A DNA stretch of 46,296 nucleotides from Chthonomonadaceae bacterium (GTDB lineage Bacteria > Armatimonadota > Chthonomonadetes > Chthonomonadales > Chthonomonadaceae), in contig DASRGZ010000218.1 of the NCBI GenBank assembly GCA_035650735.1, forward strand, positions 1 to 46,296, in the 5' to 3' direction. A program made the translations under genes and the position numbers. Of this stretch, positions 35,876-43,736 are shown piece after piece; position 1 is the first letter of the stretch, and the number at the start of each line of letters is the position of its first letter. A model generated the notes under the pieces. It was given only the letters and a program-made list of their open reading frames with translations, made no database searches and had not been told where the DNA came from.

Positions 35876-35982
35876 GTTGCAACGTCCCTTTCTATCCGAT
35901 GCGATCCCACGATCCACCCGTCAGCCTGCCCAACAGAAACCTTGACGTTGCAACGTCCTTTTCTACCCGATGCGATCCCACG
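35876..35982. repeat. 36-bp direct repeat x2 (2 mismatches) with a 35-bp spacer
   Basis: GTTGCAACGTCC(C/T)TTTCTA(T/C)CCGATGCGATCCCACG at 35876-35911 and 35947-35982. The second copy contains the last codons and stop of the 35963 gene. Confidence 0.85.
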
Positions 35983-37699
35983 GGTGAGCCAACGTCGGCT
36001 GATGGGCATAGCGCTGCATTTCCAGCACCAATTGTTCCCCCGCACCCGGCTCCAGCCTCACGGTCAGATAGGGCGCATCCACGCCAATCTCGTGACCGTG
36101 ATGCACAACCTGGGTGAACTGATGCTCCCCGTAGCCGCCTGCCTGGAGGATCACAGCGCGGGGTTCGACCTGGTTAACGTTGACCAAGCTCAGAACCGTC
36201 GTGTCGGCGGAGAGTTTTTCCACCAGGGCGGCGACATCTTCAGGAATGCCGGCCCGGCGGCGCTCGGGGTCAAAGTAGCGAACACGGCAGTGCAGGACGC
36301 CTCCCCAGTAAAGGGGACGAATGCCGCCTAGCATCAGGTGAATAAGCGAAGAGACCGAACAGGGATTGTAGACCATCGGATCATCCGACAGGCGCGTATC
36401 CGGCGTAGTCGGATCGGCTCTCATGCCGTCAAGGCGTTGGCGAATTCTCTCCAGGTCCGCCTGTAACGCCTGCTCCGGGTAGCCCGGGTTTTTGCCATCA
36501 AGGTAGGCCAGCCAGTCGCTTCCGGGCAGTCGCTCCCGATCTTCGGGTTTCATCGTCCCATGCCACAGCTCCCAGGCGCCGTGTACGTAAGGATAAGGCT
36601 GGAAGTTAGCCCAGCCCTCGTCGCCGTAGTTGTGCGGGTACATCATGATGCCGTTGACGGCTTTGCCCTGCGCGTTGATCGTGTCCATCATGTTGCGCCA
36701 TACATCGAGGTACTTCTCGTCGCCGGTGAGCAGGAACGCATTGACAAATCCGAGCAGGCCCAGATGCGTGGTGGTGCGATAGACCAGCTCACCGGTCTGC
36801 GGCACGATGACCGAGAAGCCCCAGCCGTAAACGCCGGCATACCACTTACTGGAGGGGCCGCCGATCTTGCCATCCAAGCCGATCTTGCTGGGGATGACTC
36901 CCCCGTTGGCGCGGGTGCGTTCCACCCAGGCATCCACATACTCCAGCAGCCATTGCTTATACTTGAGCTCGTGGGCCAACATGTACGCATTCAGAGCGAG
37001 CGTCGTTGCTGCCAGGTTCGATGGATGGTCCCCGACGATATCGTTATAGTCTTTGAAGTGGGCCAGCATCTCTTCATAGTTTCGCTCCCCATGCCGGGGC
37101 ATGAACCGGCTGCCCACTTCAATGGGGTCGCCTGCCCAGTCCAATGCCGTCGCCGGGCGCAGCAGCGGGCCGCGACTGCCGTTGAAGAGGCTGCGGATGA
37201 TTTTGAGTTTCGTATCGTAGTTGGGAGCGTCCGGGTCTTCGTTCAGGTAAAACCCTGCGTAGCGTCGAATCCGCTGCTGCGTCGCGGGATTGTGCGGGTC
37301 GGACAGCGCCATCAGGTTGAACACGGCCAATCCCTCGCCATTATGCAGCCAGTCGAACATGACGGGGAATTCCTTGTGATACATTCCCTCGCGGGCGAAC
37401 GGCACTTCCTTCGTCCTTGCGAGCGTGTACTGTTGCAGATGGCCCTCCCAGGCGCGGTTGACCATCTCCAGCACGACATCCTCCGCGCCGAGCGCGTGCA
37501 GAATGGGCCAGTCCATACAACTCTCCATGGCGTCATCAGGGCCGTCGTTGCCGCCCCAGCGCTCCACGCAGCGCAAAAACCCACGCTCATCGAAATACTT
37601 GGCAAAGAACTCACGGCAAGCCGCTGTGTTTTCCTGCAACAGCTCCCGTTCCCGCAAAGCCCAGGTCGGCGGGGCCATTGGTGTATTGATGTTGATCAT
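35963..37699 (-). CDS. Uncharacterised enzyme-like protein (about 578 aa), probable helical barrel plus beta C-domain
   Basis: GGAGGAGG RBS before ATG 37699; strong coding bias; motifs ERWGGNDGPDDAME, DWLHNGEG, SLFNGSRGP, RYFDPERRRAGIPEDVAALV. Confidence 0.85.
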   Translation of the reverse strand: MININTPMAPPTWALRERELLQENTAACREFFAKYFDERGFLRCVERWGGNDGPDDAMESCMDWPILHALGAEDVVLEMVNRAWEGHLQQYTLARTKEVPFAREGMYHKEFPVMFDWLHNGEGLAVFNLMALSDPHNPATQQRIRRYAGFYLNEDPDAPNYDTKLKIIRSLFNGSRGPLLRPATALDWAGDPIEVGSRFMPRHGERNYEEMLAHFKDYNDIVGDHPSNLAATTLALNAYMLAHELKYKQWLLEYVDAWVERTRANGGVIPSKIGLDGKIGGPSSKWYAGVYGWGFSVIVPQTGELVYRTTTHLGLLGFVNAFLLTGDEKYLDVWRNMMDTINAQGKAVNGIMMYPHNYGDEGWANFQPYPYVHGAWELWHGTMKPEDRERLPGSDWLAYLDGKNPGYPEQALQADLERIRQRLDGMRADPTTPDTRLSDDPMVYNPCSVSSLIHLMLGGIRPLYWGGVLHCRVRYFDPERRRAGIPEDVAALVEKLSADTTVLSLVNVNQVEPRAVILQAGGYGEHQFTQVVHHGHEIGVDAPYLTVRLEPGAGEQLVLEMQRYAHQPTLAHPWDRIG

Positions 37700-37820
37700 C
37701 GTCCCCTCCTCCCCTACTCTGAGAATAGCCAGCAAATCTATTCGCCTCTAAATCGCCCAACGCTCCCGCTTGCTGGCTAGGCTATAATGGGCATAGCCAG
37801 CATGAAGGAGGAACGCTTTG

Positions 37821-38049
37821 ATGGCAGCCGGAACCCTGGAAGAACGGCTGATGATATTAGAAACCCGTCTGGATGCACTGCAACGCCTGATTGAGGAGCG
37901 TTTACCGCAAAACCCGACCCAACAAAAGCGCGGTTGGCAGGCCATTGTCGGCACCTTTGCGGACGATCCACTCTATAGAGGAAGCGATTCGCCCAGGCCG
38001 GGAATGGAGAGCCTCTCAGTACGACGAGACCGACGAAGAAGCCCGTTGA
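37821..38049 (+). pseudogene. Small antitoxin-like protein with a +1 frameshift
   Basis: TATAAT at 37784-37789 and an AAGGAGG RBS. TLEERL...WQAIVGTFADDPLY continues as EEAIRPGREWRASQYDETDEEAR* if one base near 37977 is removed. This matches a small-protein pattern I recall preceding PIN toxins. Confidence 0.6.
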
Positions 38050-38079
38050 GACGAAGAAGCCCGCTGACAGGATAGGCCC

Positions 38080-38301
38080 ATGATTATCATTCGCTTTCCC
38101 GACGCCGAGTCGAAGCGTCGCGCCCTGGGATTTCTGGCAGGCCGTTTCTCGTTCAAGGGTTGGGCGAGTGGGGAAATGGCCGTGCCGGAAATCGCTCTGG
38201 CATATCTAGCGACGGAGGGTATCCCCTTCGCCGTCGAGGGACCGGCTACTTATGAGCGCCTCATTTCGGCGGTTCGAAATCCTCCTGCCGCGAAGGTTTA
38301 A
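38080..38301 (+). CDS. Small hypothetical protein (73 aa), first gene of an overlapping pair
   Basis: Compact ORF whose 3' end overlaps the start of 38252 by 50 bp. Confidence 0.65.
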   Translation: MIIIRFPDAESKRRALGFLAGRFSFKGWASGEMAVPEIALAYLATEGIPFAVEGPATYERLISAVRNPPAAKV

Positions 38302-38571
38302 CGCCGGTCAGCTTGCCCCGGACGAGTTGATTGCCGATACGCTGCTAGAATTGGAAGAACGCTTCGGCGCTATCTCGTCCGAGCCTCAGACCATTCACGG
38401 CCTGTGGCGTCACGAGGATCAACTCTTCCGCGATGAATTGATCCGGGTGTTCGTGGACGCCCTGGACGTTCCAGAGAGCCGTCAGTTATTCTGGAATTCA
38501 AGGAGCGTGCAAAAGCCCGGTTCCGGCAGATCGACCTCTGGATGACCACGTACCCGATTGAAGTCCTGTAG
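38252..38571 (+). pseudogene. Small hypothetical protein (PII/ferredoxin-like pattern) with a -1 frameshift
   Basis: RRFEILLP..FN.G...IHGLW...RDELIRVFVD. After about 38489 the natural continuation LEFKERAKARFRQIDLWMTTYPIEVL* is in another frame, ending at TAG 38569-38571. Confidence 0.7.
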
Positions 38572-38573
38572 TG

Positions 38574-39386
38574 CTAAGCGCCCGCCCGGCGCATCGCGGC
38601 GATCATTGCAGCATAGCCTCGGTCGCACGCCTCCTCAAACGGCATGTCCGTGAAACACTCGACCGCCATTGAACCGGTGAACTTCGCCTCTGCCAGCGCG
38701 GCGAAGACCCGCACGTAGTCCATCTCGCCCTCTCCGGGAACGCGATGCTCCCACTTCGGATACCTACCTACATGGTCCTTAAGGTGGGCGTGCCGTATTT
38801 GCGAGGCGAAACGCCGGACGAAGGACACCGGATCAATGCCCATGAGCGTCAGGTAAGACGGATCGAAATTGACGCCGAAGTTGTCCTCGCCCACATCGTC
38901 AAAGAGCCTCTGCAACGTCTCCGGGCTGTTGACCATCCAACTCGGCCAGATGCCGTCCACGGCCAGCGCGATGTTGCGGGCGGAGGCGGCGCGCACGGCG
39001 GCCCGGATTACCTCCACCACACTGCGCCATAGGTCTTCGTCCGCGCAATCCGGCACGGGGCCGCCCATGTGAAAGGTCACCACGCTGGCGCCGAGATCCG
39101 CTGCCAGGTCTATCGTGCCCGAAAGGTCGAGCGGCTGGCGGCGCGCAAGCGTGGTCGTCAACTCGGCGTGCGTGACAACGGCTTCCACCGATAGCCCCTG
39201 TTGCTGCGCGGTGTCGCGGAGAAGCCCTCGGCGCTTAGGTGTAACCGAACGTGGGTCCTCCGACGCGCCGAACGTTCCCGACTCATCCACGCCCGCGTAG
39301 CCCGCCTGCGCAATGCGCGCGAGACAGTCGGCAACCGGGAGACGGAGACGGTCTGTATAACTGTAAGTGTAGAACGCCAGTTTCAT
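38574..39386 (-). CDS. Sugar phosphate isomerase/epimerase (xylose-isomerase-like TIM barrel)
   Basis: GVNFDPSY, IRHAHLKD, PGEGEMDY, AVE metal-ligand motifs. Confidence 0.9.
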   Translation of the reverse strand: MKLAFYTYSYTDRLRLPVADCLARIAQAGYAGVDESGTFGASEDPRSVTPKRRGLLRDTAQQQGLSVEAVVTHAELTTTLARRQPLDLSGTIDLAADLGASVVTFHMGGPVPDCADEDLWRSVVEVIRAAVRAASARNIALAVDGIWPSWMVNSPETLQRLFDDVGEDNFGVNFDPSYLTLMGIDPVSFVRRFASQIRHAHLKDHVGRYPKWEHRVPGEGEMDYVRVFAALAEAKFTGSMAVECFTDMPFEEACDRGYAAMIAAMRRAGA

Positions 39387-39410
39387 AGGCTGCCGGTGAA
39401 GAGGTCGCCA

Positions 39411-40182
39411 TTAGGGCTTGGCGCGAACGCTTGCAAAGGCCGCCGCGATGTTCCGCATACCGCTCGCTACCAACCCTCCATCCGAGCCGACCGCAATGAA
39501 GGTCAAGCCGTCCGCGACCGTCGGAGCGATCTGCTCGACAGTCGGGGAGCAGGATGCCCGCCGCTTTGCCCGCCTGACGACAGGCGGCCACGACCCGGTT
39601 CACCGCCGCGCGAAAGTGGGGATGCGTAACCTGTTGTGGAATCCCTAGACTCACGCTCAAATCCAACGGCCCGATAAAGAGCACATCCACGCCCTCCACA
39701 CGCGCGATCTCCTCCGCATTCTCAACGGCCTCCGCCGTCTCTATCTGCACAACCGTGAGCAGGCCGGCATTGGCCTCGGCAAAGTAGGCGTCAAACTCCT
39801 GGCCGAACCCGGAGGCGCGGGGAGAGCGCGCGACGCCGCGCACGCCCTGCGGTGGGTAGCGCATCGCCGCTGCCGCCTGTCCGGCCTCGGCGGCGGTGCT
39901 GACATAGGGCACCATGATCCCGCTCGGCCCCAAATCCAGCGCGCGCTTGAAGCGTGGAGCCTCATTCCAGGCAATCCGCACGATGCCCGCCGTAGGAGTG
40001 GCCTCCAGCGCCTGCAACTGATGCAGCAGGCTCTCCTGATCGCCCGCGCCGTGTTCCAGGTCTATCAAGGCCCAGTCGAAGCCGGCCCGTCCCGCCATCT
40101 CCGCCGTCAGGCTCGATCCCAGGTTGAGCCATGTTCCTGCCAGGACTTCGCCGTTGAGCGCTCTCTGTCTGAGATATTTCAT
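39411..40182 (-). pseudogene. HpcH/HpaI-family class II pyruvate aldolase with a +1 frameshift (or a sequencing indel)
   Basis: GFDWALIDLEHG, RYPPQGVRG, VQIET, LFIGPLDLS. Removing one base from the run at 39544-39547 restores LPTVEQIAPTVADGLTFIAVGSDGG...AKP*, ending at 39411. Confidence 0.85.
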
Positions 40183-40215
40183 AGCATCCCCTCCCTGATA
40201 GAACGGGGCCAGCGC

Positions 40216-41418
40216 CTATTCGCCTGCGGCCTCCACGATGAGCAGGGCATCCTCCCAGCCTTCGGGCGTCGTGAAGCGCAGAACGCCGCCGGTGGGAACG
40301 TCTCCAATCGGACTCGAATGGCCGTTGCGGGGGTCCGTCCAGAACGCAGTCGCACGTTCCGCCCCGGCAATGTGCTTCGTATCTACCGCAAAGGAGGCTT
40401 GTGCGCCCAGGTAGACCATAATCCATTTCCCCGCCGCGTGCCGTGCCGCCAGGTTCAAGACAGGTCCCTGCGTGGCGCCGCCTTCCACCAGGATAGTCGA
40501 ATCCGGCACGAGAGACCACCACTCCTTTCGCTCCAGAAAGACCTGTTTGAGAACGCCCATCTGCCGGGCCCCTTCGGCATCCAATGCCTCAAGCCAGGTG
40601 GGAAGCACGCGCCAGAGGTCGTTATGGCCGTAGGTGTGGCTGGCGCCGCACAGATAGGAATAATACGCCTGCCTCCGCACCCAGAGAGGCGTTACCTCGA
40701 AACCATACTCGGTTCCCGCTTCATACGCCCCCTCGGCCATCACGACGGGTTTTGTTGGTGTCAGGGCGTAATCGTTGGCTACCATCGGAGCGATCAACTC
40801 GACGTGTTTATACGTCTGAATCGAATGGAAGTCCAGCCAGGGTTCCTCATGAATGAAGCTCGACGATGCCGGGGAGGGATCGGGATGGACCGTGATCAGC
40901 CGGCGTTCCCTATCGCCTTCCCGCAGCCCGGCGGCCAGCTCACGCAGGACAGGAAGATACTCCGGTTTCGCTGCCGGGTACATGCTCCAGACAATGTGCG
41001 GCGCTTCCTGATAGCGCTGTGCGACCCACCGGGCATAGTCGCGCGCATTCGCCGTCGTGATATGATCGCGCTGCAATTGGTGGAAGACGCCGATCACCAG
41101 AACCATCCCCACCTGCCGGGCGATTTCGACAACAATGGGATCGGCACGCCGGAAATACGCCTCATTGGGAGCAGCGGGATCGTCCGCAATCCAGGGGGTC
41201 TCTCCCTCCAGATTCGCTTGCGTGCCGTCACCCACGCCTGTCAGCATGACCTGAAACACTGTAAAGCCCTGCCTTCGGCGCTTCTCCAGAATGGTTCGGG
41301 CCTCTTCGAGACTGTAGCGCCGGAAGAGCTCCCACTGGGTGTCGCCCAGCCAGAAGAAAGGCTTTCCCTCCCCGTCAATGAAGGTATGTCCATCCGTACT
41401 AACGCGAAGCGATCTCAT
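40216..41418 (-). CDS. DUF4038 / apiosidase-like (GH140-related) protein with a C-terminal beta domain
   Basis: AGGAG RBS before ATG 41418; GKPFFWLGDTQWELF, LITVHP, WLDFHSIQT, KPVVMAEGAYE, HTYGHN, WTDPRNG. Confidence 0.82.
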   Translation of the reverse strand: MRSLRVSTDGHTFIDGEGKPFFWLGDTQWELFRRYSLEEARTILEKRRRQGFTVFQVMLTGVGDGTQANLEGETPWIADDPAAPNEAYFRRADPIVVEIARQVGMVLVIGVFHQLQRDHITTANARDYARWVAQRYQEAPHIVWSMYPAAKPEYLPVLRELAAGLREGDRERRLITVHPDPSPASSSFIHEEPWLDFHSIQTYKHVELIAPMVANDYALTPTKPVVMAEGAYEAGTEYGFEVTPLWVRRQAYYSYLCGASHTYGHNDLWRVLPTWLEALDAEGARQMGVLKQVFLERKEWWSLVPDSTILVEGGATQGPVLNLAARHAAGKWIMVYLGAQASFAVDTKHIAGAERATAFWTDPRNGHSSPIGDVPTGGVLRFTTPEGWEDALLIVEAAGE

Positions 41419-41525
41419 GTCGGTACTCCTTACCGCACCCGTAGCATGGGATTGGGGTGATTGTCCCGTGCCGCAGATTTCCACAAGCTTCTCCGCTTGT
41501 CCTCTCTTTCTAGCCTGCTTGGCAG

Positions 41526-41553
41526 GCAGGAAATCCCAGGGCATCTGTTGAAC
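41526..41553 (+). promoter_or_regulatory. sigmaH-like promoter motif (GCAGGAAAT-N12-GTTGAAC)
   Basis: Close match to the sigmaH-type consensus, about 70 bp upstream of the 41621 start. Confidence 0.4.
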
Positions 41554-41620
41554 CCGGAGGCATTCCATCTCCTGGTGCTGCGGCTCACCGCACAACGCAG
41601 GCGAAAGGAGGCCTCCTTTT

Positions 41621-42508
41621 ATGCAACCAACCCCTTCGGGAAACCTCCCGTTAGAAACCTACACGCAATCCCGCCAGATCGGGGAAGCGACCATCACTGT
41701 CATCTGCGAGGCTTACGCGCCCTGGGCGCCTCAGCTTCAAGCCCCCGAAGACCAGTGGCGGCGCGCGATGCCCGAAGCCGATTCTGAAGGCGTGATTCCC
41801 CTCGATTTTATGATGGTCTGCGTCCGGCTCGGTGACGCGATTATCCTGATCGATCCTGGTTTTGAGGAGCCTTCTTCCCCCTGGGAGCGCCAGCGCGCCG
41901 CCGAATGGAAAGGTCTTCAGCGCACGCCGGGCCTCCATGCCTGGCTGGCCGCCATCGGCATCCAGCCGGAACAGGTCACGCATGTCCTCATCACCCACAC
42001 GCACCACGACCACTACGCAGGGGTTGCCCGTTTGGGGGCGCAGGGGCAGGTTACGCTTCAGTTTCCCCATGCCCGGCACATGATGGGAAGGCGGGACTGG
42101 GAGGAGAACGCGGAACGCCTTCAGCCCAATTCAGAGTTCTCGCTGCGCCTGGGCGCTGTGGAGCAGGCAGGCTTGCTGGAACTGGTGGATACAGAAACGA
42201 CGGTCGTGCCGGGGATCACGATGATCCCTGCGCCCGGAGAGACGCCCGGCCACAGTATCGTGCGCGTCCAGTCCCAGGGCGCCACCTTCTACTTCCTGAG
42301 CGACCTGTTCCACCATACCTGCGAGGTCGAGCATCCTGATTGGGTTTCTCCGGGGCGGGAGCAAGCCGCCATGCGCCGGTCGCGGGATCGGCTGTGCGCG
42401 GCGGCAGTCGCGGAGGACGCGACGCTCGTCTATGCCCATCATCCGTTTCCCGGCTGGGGCCACATTCGCCGGAGAGGAGAGGGCTATGTCTGGGAGAAGG
42501 ACTTCTAA
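41621..42508 (+). CDS. Metallo-beta-lactamase-fold hydrolase (lactonase-like)
   Basis: ILIDPG, THTHHDH, PGETPGH, SDLFH, YAHHPFPG; AAAGGAGG RBS. Confidence 0.9.
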   Translation: MQPTPSGNLPLETYTQSRQIGEATITVICEAYAPWAPQLQAPEDQWRRAMPEADSEGVIPLDFMMVCVRLGDAIILIDPGFEEPSSPWERQRAAEWKGLQRTPGLHAWLAAIGIQPEQVTHVLITHTHHDHYAGVARLGAQGQVTLQFPHARHMMGRRDWEENAERLQPNSEFSLRLGAVEQAGLLELVDTETTVVPGITMIPAPGETPGHSIVRVQSQGATFYFLSDLFHHTCEVEHPDWVSPGREQAAMRRSRDRLCAAAVAEDATLVYAHHPFPGWGHIRRRGEGYVWEKDF

Positions 42509-42538
42509 AGTTTTTGCCGCCGTACAAGGAGCCTCCCG

Positions 42539-43735
42539 ATGACGACTGCACGCCCGAAGATCGCCTGCATCGCCACCATCGTCCACAAATACGCGCACGC
42601 CCAGCACTTCATAGACCGTTTCCTGGAAGGTTACGGCTGGAACGGGCGCCACCATCGTCCGCCGATGGATCTGGTCTCGCTCTATGTGGATCAGGTGAAA
42701 GACAACGACCTGAGCCGAGAGCGCGCTTCCCGGTTTCCAGAGATGACGATCTACCCGACGGTCGCAGACGCCCTGACGCTGGGCGGAAACGATCTGGCGA
42801 TAGATGGCGTCCTGCTCATCGGCGAGCATGGCGACTATCCCCGCAACGAGAAGGGCCAGACCCTCTACCCGCGCTACGAGCTCTTCCAGCAGATCGTCGC
42901 CGTCTACCGACTCAGTGGGAAGACCGCTCCAATCTTCAACGACAAGCACCTCTCCTGGAAGTGGGAGTGGTCGAAGGCAATGTATGACACCGCCCGGACG
43001 ATGGGGTTCGCGTTTATGGCGGGTTCCTCGCTGCCGGTGACGTGGCGGACGCCCTCGCTGGATATGCCATTGGGCGCGCGGGTTTCCGAGGCGGTGTGTA
43101 TAGGCTATGGCGGGGTGGATAGCTACGACTTCCATGCGTTGGAGACGTTGCAGTGCATGGTCGAGCGGCGTCAGGGCGGCGAGAGCGGGGTACGCTGGCT
43201 ACAGGCGTATCGCGGCGACGCCGTCTGGCAAGCCCACCACGCCGGAGTCTGGTCGAAAGAACTGTTCGAGGCGGCGCTGTGCCGCAGCTTCACGCTGACC
43301 CCGGCACGGGCGGGTTTCAACCATCTCTTCCCCAACGACGACGAGCTCAAGACGCTGGTCAAGGACCCGGTTGCCTACCACTATGAACACCACGACGGTT
43401 TGCGGTCAACTATATTCCTGATGAACGGGCTGGTGCAGGACTTCACCTTCGCCGCCCGGCTCGACGACCGGGACGAGCCGCTTTCGACTCAGATGTATCT
43501 GCCGATGCCGCCCGCGCGCACGACGCTCGCCAACTTTTTCTCGCCGCTGGTGAACCATACAGAGCAGATGTTCCTGACCGGGGAAGAACCCTATCCGGTG
43601 GAGCGAACGCTGTTGACGACGGGGCTGACGGAGGCCGGGGTGGAGAGCCTGTTCCAGGAGCAGAAGCGACTGGAGACGCCGCATCTGGCGATTGCCTACC
43701 AGCCGACCCCCCATTCGACTTTCTGGAGGTCCTGA
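42539..43735 (+). CDS. Uncharacterised protein, Gfo/Idh/MocA-like architecture; paralogue of 43737
   Basis: AAGGAG RBS; YPTVADAL...DGVLLIGEHGDYP, PIFNDKHLS, MAGSSLP, YDFHALE, PYPVERTLL. Confidence 0.8.
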   Translation: MTTARPKIACIATIVHKYAHAQHFIDRFLEGYGWNGRHHRPPMDLVSLYVDQVKDNDLSRERASRFPEMTIYPTVADALTLGGNDLAIDGVLLIGEHGDYPRNEKGQTLYPRYELFQQIVAVYRLSGKTAPIFNDKHLSWKWEWSKAMYDTARTMGFAFMAGSSLPVTWRTPSLDMPLGARVSEAVCIGYGGVDSYDFHALETLQCMVERRQGGESGVRWLQAYRGDAVWQAHHAGVWSKELFEAALCRSFTLTPARAGFNHLFPNDDELKTLVKDPVAYHYEHHDGLRSTIFLMNGLVQDFTFAARLDDRDEPLSTQMYLPMPPARTTLANFFSPLVNHTEQMFLTGEEPYPVERTLLTTGLTEAGVESLFQEQKRLETPHLAIAYQPTPHSTFWRS

Positions 43736-43736
43736 G

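Noticed and set aside
16426..35982. Two-unit repeats at 16426, 29604 and 35876 as CRISPR arrays
   Set aside because: Only two units each, mutually unrelated, no cas genes, no clear palindrome or GAAA(C/G) end, and two overlap gene ends. Kept as repeat findings instead.
38032..38068. Short tandem duplication GACGAAGAAGCCCG(T/C)TGA
   Set aside because: An 18-bp local slippage-type duplication at the end of a pseudogene; too small to interpret.
39283..39410. C-terminal extension of the aldolase overlapping the epimerase gene
   Set aside because: Product of the frameshift at about 39545; the homologous C-terminus ends at 39411 in another frame.
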